NCBI GenBank assembly: GCA_031177735.1
Contig: JAPSKJ010000001.1
Location: 1-45,729, forward strand
Direction of reading: 5' to 3'
DNA: 45,729 nt
From: Nocardioides sp.
GTDB lineage: Bacteria; Actinomycetota; Actinomycetes; Propionibacteriales; Nocardioidaceae
Shown here piece by piece: positions 41,811-45,729 of the stretch. The position numbers were made by a program, and so were the translations under genes. How positions within the stretch are numbered: the first letter of the stretch is position 1; the number at the start of each line of letters is the position of its first letter. The notes below the pieces were generated by a model, which was not told the origin of the DNA, did no database searches, and was given only the letters and a program-made list of their open reading frames with translations.

Positions 41811-43106
41811 GTGCAGAGCTGGCGAGAGGTGCCGCAGGTCGTCGCGACGGCAGGGCGGCTGGTGCTACGCCACTGGCCGGCGCTGCTCGCACTGTCGTTG
41901 GCCGGAGCCGGTCTGCGCTCAGGCGTCGTGTGGGCGGCCGTCGAGGTCAGTGACTGGGTCGGCTGGGCCGGCCAGCTGATCCTGGTGCTGGCACCCCTGG
42001 GCTACCTGGTGCCGATCGTGTGGATGCTGCACCTCTGCCGCGGCTCACTCCCCCAGCTGCGCCAGATCGAGTCCGTCGAGCGGCCGGAGGCCGTGACCGA
42101 GCGGCGGGAGCGTCGCCTGGTCGACGTCGCGGTGTCGGTGCTCGTGCCGTTCCTCGCCGTCTACGTCTCCTACGGGCTGCTGCAGGACGACCTCGACCGG
42201 TTCCAGAACGAGGCGTCGTTCGACGAGTTCTCCCAGGGCATCGTCAGCGGGCTCATGGGCGAGGGCGTCGACATCGACCCCGCCGGTCGGATCGGCGTCT
42301 ACCCGGTCCAGGTCGCGGTGATGATCGTGCTGGTCGCCTTCGTCGCACGCTGGCTGCTCGGCCGGGTGGAGCGCTCGCTGCGGTTCCTCGCCATCGCCTT
42401 CGCCGGCGCGCTCGTGGAGGTCTACTACACCGGCCAGGTCGCGCGGCAGGTCAACCTCGTCCGCGCCGAGGGCACCGCCTGGCTCGAGGACCGGGTGGTG
42501 GTCAGCGAGGTGCAGGGGCGGTACGACGCGGTCGTGAGCGACCTCGGGCCGCTCGCCAGCCCGGTCGACACCGCGACCACCTGGCTGTTCGGCCTGCTCG
42601 GCGCGATCGACGCCGTGGTGGTGGTGCCCGTCGCCTGGCTGGCTGTCGGAGCTGTCGTGCTCGGCCACCGGCTGACGCCGGCGCCGTCCCCCACCCACCC
42701 GCTCCTCGACACGATGACGGCGATCCCCGAGCCGGTGCGCCGTGCCGCCGCCGGCCTGCTCGACGACATCCGGGAGCGGTGGTCGACCTTCTGGTCCTCC
42801 CTGCGTGTGCTCGCGACGGGTGGCCTGCTGCCGATGCTCGTCTTCGGCGTGGTCTTCCTGCTGGTCATCCGGGTGCCGGTGCTGCTGTCGGAGGGCATCC
42901 GCCTCCTGGTGGGGCCGACGGACTTCTGGACGTGGTGGGCGTTCTCGCCGTTCGAGCGCAACCTCGGGATGGCGCTGTCGATGGCCCTGACTGCGCCGCT
43001 GCTCGCCGCCGCACTCGACCGGCTCGTCGCGCCCCAGCTCAGTGAGGCAGCTCGAGCTCGACGTACTCCGGAAGCGCCGTTTCCCAGTACAGCTGCAGAG
43101 TCGTGA
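41811..43106 (+). CDS. Uncharacterised polytopic membrane protein
   Basis: 431 aa with roughly eight hydrophobic segments and no recognised motif. Confidence 0.75.
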   Translation: MQSWREVPQVVATAGRLVLRHWPALLALSLAGAGLRSGVVWAAVEVSDWVGWAGQLILVLAPLGYLVPIVWMLHLCRGSLPQLRQIESVERPEAVTERRERRLVDVAVSVLVPFLAVYVSYGLLQDDLDRFQNEASFDEFSQGIVSGLMGEGVDIDPAGRIGVYPVQVAVMIVLVAFVARWLLGRVERSLRFLAIAFAGALVEVYYTGQVARQVNLVRAEGTAWLEDRVVVSEVQGRYDAVVSDLGPLASPVDTATTWLFGLLGAIDAVVVVPVAWLAVGAVVLGHRLTPAPSPTHPLLDTMTAIPEPVRRAAAGLLDDIRERWSTFWSSLRVLATGGLLPMLVFGVVFLLVIRVPVLLSEGIRLLVGPTDFWTWWAFSPFERNLGMALSMALTAPLLAAALDRLVAPQLSEAARARRTPEAPFPSTAAES

Positions 43107-43689
43107 TCCGGGCGTCCTCGGGGACGAGGAAGACCGGCGCGGTGGACCACGACGCGGGGAGGCGCACGTCGTCGCCGGTCTCCTGGTCGCCGAGGAGCTC
43201 GCTCACCTCTTCGGGCACGCACTGGTAGATGTGGTCGGTGTTGCCGTCGTCGACCAGGTAGCGGTTGCCGTCGGCATCGAGCAGCGCGACCGTGCAGCTG
43301 GCCAGGTCGGTCGGCTCGGCGTCCGCGAAGTCGAGGCGGGCGGCCACCGCACGGACACCGTCCGGTGGGACGACGGGCTCCTCGGTGAAGGAGTCGATCC
43401 AGGCAGCGTCGTCCTCGAGGGCGGTGAGAGCGAGCTGGAACTGCTTCGGCGGCTCGTCGAAGCGCGGCGCACCGTTGATCTCGACCGCGATCACCTCGCC
43501 CAGCCGACCACTCGCCACCTGCTCGTGCGGCCCGGCTGCCCACCAGAACTCGTGCAGCCGCGAGGCCGATCCGATCACGAAGACCGCGATCGCCAACGGC
43601 ACGGCCAGCAGCCACCCACGGTTGCGGCGCCACCACCCGGGCTCCTGCGTCTGCTTCGGGGCGAACGGTGGTGGTGCGGTGGTCGTCAT
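43039..43689 (-). CDS. Single-pass membrane protein with acidic extracytoplasmic beta-rich domain
   Basis: WWRRNR followed by a TM segment, LLDADGNRY and PVFLVP. ATGA overlap with the upstream gene. Confidence 0.7.
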   Translation of the reverse strand: MTTTAPPPFAPKQTQEPGWWRRNRGWLLAVPLAIAVFVIGSASRLHEFWWAAGPHEQVASGRLGEVIAVEINGAPRFDEPPKQFQLALTALEDDAAWIDSFTEEPVVPPDGVRAVAARLDFADAEPTDLASCTVALLDADGNRYLVDDGNTDHIYQCVPEEVSELLGDQETGDDVRLPASWSTAPVFLVPEDARITTLQLYWETALPEYVELELPH

Positions 43690-44327
43690 TCGCTCGTCAC
43701 CGTCACTTCCTCCAGGTCTGGGCTCTCGTGGAAACCACCTTGGAACCCGCGATAGGCCACGTCCTGGCGCGAGGCCAGGAGCTCGGCCTCGTCGGCGTCG
43801 ATCCCGAGGTCGATGAGCGCCACCTGATCGCGTCGGTCGGTGCCTTCGACGATCCCGTCCGGACCCTGGCGACCGACGCGGAGGCTCATCCCGCGCAGCC
43901 GGTCGGCCGGGACGTCGAAGCAGAGCATCGCCGTCCACGGAACTCCGGCGGGTATCAAGCCGCTGGCATCACATCGGGCGCGGTCGGACTCCAGGTAACG
44001 CTGCCCGTCGCTGTCGACCAGCGTCTTCTCCGTGAAGGTCGTCGGCTCCGTCGTGACCGTGAGCGTCAGGTCCACGACGAGGAAGACGCCCCCGGCCCGC
44101 ACGACGTGGTCGTTGTCGGTCGCAGGCACGATGAACGGCGCCGACCGGACGCGCTCGACCCGGACGTCGGCGTACTCGAGCTCCACCGGCTGCCCGAGCG
44201 AGCCCTCCTCGACGAACGGATCGGTGGCGAGCTCGCCGACCGGGACCTGGTCGGTGATCACCCGGCCGACCGCCATCGCCGCGACCACGGCGACCACGAC
44301 CCCGGCGCTGCGGAACACACCACTCAC
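43686..44327 (-). CDS. Single-pass membrane protein, DUF4352-like domain possible
   Basis: N-terminal TM segment, FLVVDLTL, LVDSDGQRY and LCFDVP. GTGA overlap. Confidence 0.7.
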   Translation of the reverse strand: MSGVFRSAGVVVAVVAAMAVGRVITDQVPVGELATDPFVEEGSLGQPVELEYADVRVERVRSAPFIVPATDNDHVVRAGGVFLVVDLTLTVTTEPTTFTEKTLVDSDGQRYLESDRARCDASGLIPAGVPWTAMLCFDVPADRLRGMSLRVGRQGPDGIVEGTDRRDQVALIDLGIDADEAELLASRQDVAYRGFQGGFHESPDLEEVTVTSE

Positions 44328-45004
44328 TGCGTGTCCTCCGGTCGCTGCGACGTCGCGCCGGGGTCCTCCACCGGCACGGGCCCTTCCCACATCGGCCCGG
44401 CGAGCTCCCAGTCAGCCGCCGACAACGCCAGCGTCGCCTCTTCGCGCCACTGGTAGTGATTCACGCCGAGGACGATCTGCTCGCCCTGCCAGTCGCCGGA
44501 CTGCTCCAGGACGAGTCCGATCCGGTAGGTCACCCCGGGGTTGATCGTGTCGCCGTTCTCGAAGGTCCGCTCGTCCTCGACGTGGAAGAGCAGCGGCATC
44601 GGGAGGGTCGGGTCCTCGAACGGCACCACGCCGGTGTCGCGGGCGTAGAACGCACCGATGCTCTCGTCGTTGAGGAGTGCGAGCCGCTGCGGCCGGTCGG
44701 AGTCGTTGACCACCTCCACGCGGATGACGAGCAGCCGATTGCCCTCGCGTGGCACGACGTCGGGCGCGAGGCTGTCGATGGTGAACACCTTCTCGACCGT
44801 GACGTCGTAGGGTCCGACGTCCATCGTCCGCCCGATGCTCAGCCGCTCCAGCGGCGGGTCGCCGGCCGCCTCCAGGCCGCCGAACGGCGCCGTCGCCAGG
44901 AGCGCGATCGCGCCCACCGCACCGACGCGCTGGGTGTTGTTCGTGCGCCGAACGGTGCTGCGCGCCGCACCCAGCAGGCGCCGAGGCCGAGACGTGTCCC
45001 CCAC
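44324..45004 (-). CDS. Membrane-anchored or secreted protein, DUF4352-like domain possible
   Basis: N-terminal hydrophobic stretch, LLVIRVEVVNDSDRP and INPGVTY. GTG lies 6 nt after TAGGAT. Confidence 0.7.
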   Translation of the reverse strand: MGDTSRPRRLLGAARSTVRRTNNTQRVGAVGAIALLATAPFGGLEAAGDPPLERLSIGRTMDVGPYDVTVEKVFTIDSLAPDVVPREGNRLLVIRVEVVNDSDRPQRLALLNDESIGAFYARDTGVVPFEDPTLPMPLLFHVEDERTFENGDTINPGVTYRIGLVLEQSGDWQGEQIVLGVNHYQWREEATLALSAADWELAGPMWEGPVPVEDPGATSQRPEDTQ

Positions 45005-45084
45005 GGGCGGATCCTAGCCAGCCGGGGACCTGCGCAAACCCGTTCGACCCGACCAGGCACGCGGCCCCGGCTCGGTCGGTCAGG

Positions 45085-45285
45085 ATGACTGCCATGGAGT
45101 GGGTGAACAGCCTGTGGTTCCGGACCGCCGTCCTGATCGCGGTCGTGGTGGTGACGGTCGACAACGTCGTGCAGCGGGAGTGGTTCATGGTGGCCGTCGG
45201 AGCGGTCGCCCTGCTGTTCGGCACGCCGAGCCCGGTGGCAGCGGCGCGTGGGCGGGGCCGCCGCACCGGAGCGCCGGAGGCCTGA
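45085..45285 (+). CDS. Small two-helix membrane protein
   Basis: 66 aa with two hydrophobic segments. Start is 45085 or 45094. Confidence 0.5.
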   Translation: MTAMEWVNSLWFRTAVLIAVVVVTVDNVVQREWFMVAVGAVALLFGTPSPVAAARGRGRRTGAPEA

Positions 45286-45576
45286 GGGCCACGACGTCAC
45301 GACATCAGCCGCGAGCGAGCGGTCAGCGGATCGGCTCTCCGACCGGCATCGGTCTTCGGAGTGGTCTAGCCGGCAGCTGGCCCCCGTGGACCGGTCGGGC
45401 TATGGCCCAGCGCCCGTCCACCACCCGACCGTGCTATTCGGCACTAGCACGTTCGAGCGATCCCGGGACCGCTTTACCGACCGCTCGGCGTGTCGCTCCT
45501 ACGGTGCCGACATCAGTGGTCCGTTCGTCGTGCGACACCGGGGTCGCCATGGGCCGCGCCACCTGGGAGATCCGCC

Positions 45577-45729
45577 ATGGGCTGGAAGTCCACCCGCCGT
45601 CCGCTCGCCTCGATCGTCGCCGGCACGCTGCTCGTCAGCGCTGCCGCGGCGGCCCCACCGACCTTCGCGGTCGACCCCGATCCCGGGGTCGACCGGGTCC
45701 TGGGCTTCCTGGGTGGTGGTCCGGGCACG
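45577..45729 (+). CDS. 5' part of a secreted protein, truncated by the window end
   Basis: GGGAGA RBS, then MGWKSTRRPLASIVAGTLLVSAAAAAPPTFA (signal-peptide-like). Open to the window end and absent from the ORF track. Confidence 0.65.
   Translation, partial: MGWKSTRRPLASIVAGTLLVSAAAAAPPTFAVDPDPGVDRVLGFLGGGPGT

Noticed and set aside
45431-45450. CIRCE (HrcA) element
   Set aside because: The arms are in the reverse arrangement and too short compared with TTAGCACTC-N9-GAGTGCTAA.

Overview
High-GC actinobacterial chromosome segment, most consistent with a Nocardioides-like organism (inferred from GC content, gene order and many leaderless promoters). The core backbone has three parts: tig with tRNA-Pro and tRNA-Gly, then nei-rpiB; the conserved pncB-clpS-DUF2017-mec-cysO-cysM-murI-MBL-rph-rdgB block; and a helicase-DUF3039-YqgE group. 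Accessory modules interrupt this backbone. They include three two-component modules linked to ABC or DUF2306 genes and an orphan four-gene type VII secretion (WXG100)-like effector/immunity cassette at 27149-29493. Also notable are a lipase paired with an intact paralog lacking all three catalytic-triad residues (123-2282), a TetR with three visible operators, and an uncharacterised cassette of three single-pass Ig-like proteins plus a polytopic membrane protein (41811-45004). No integrase, IS element, CRISPR array or rRNA was seen. Family calls come from motif recognition only; no database searches were run. Many starts were moved downstream of the ORF-track starts using RBS, overlap or -10 evidence.
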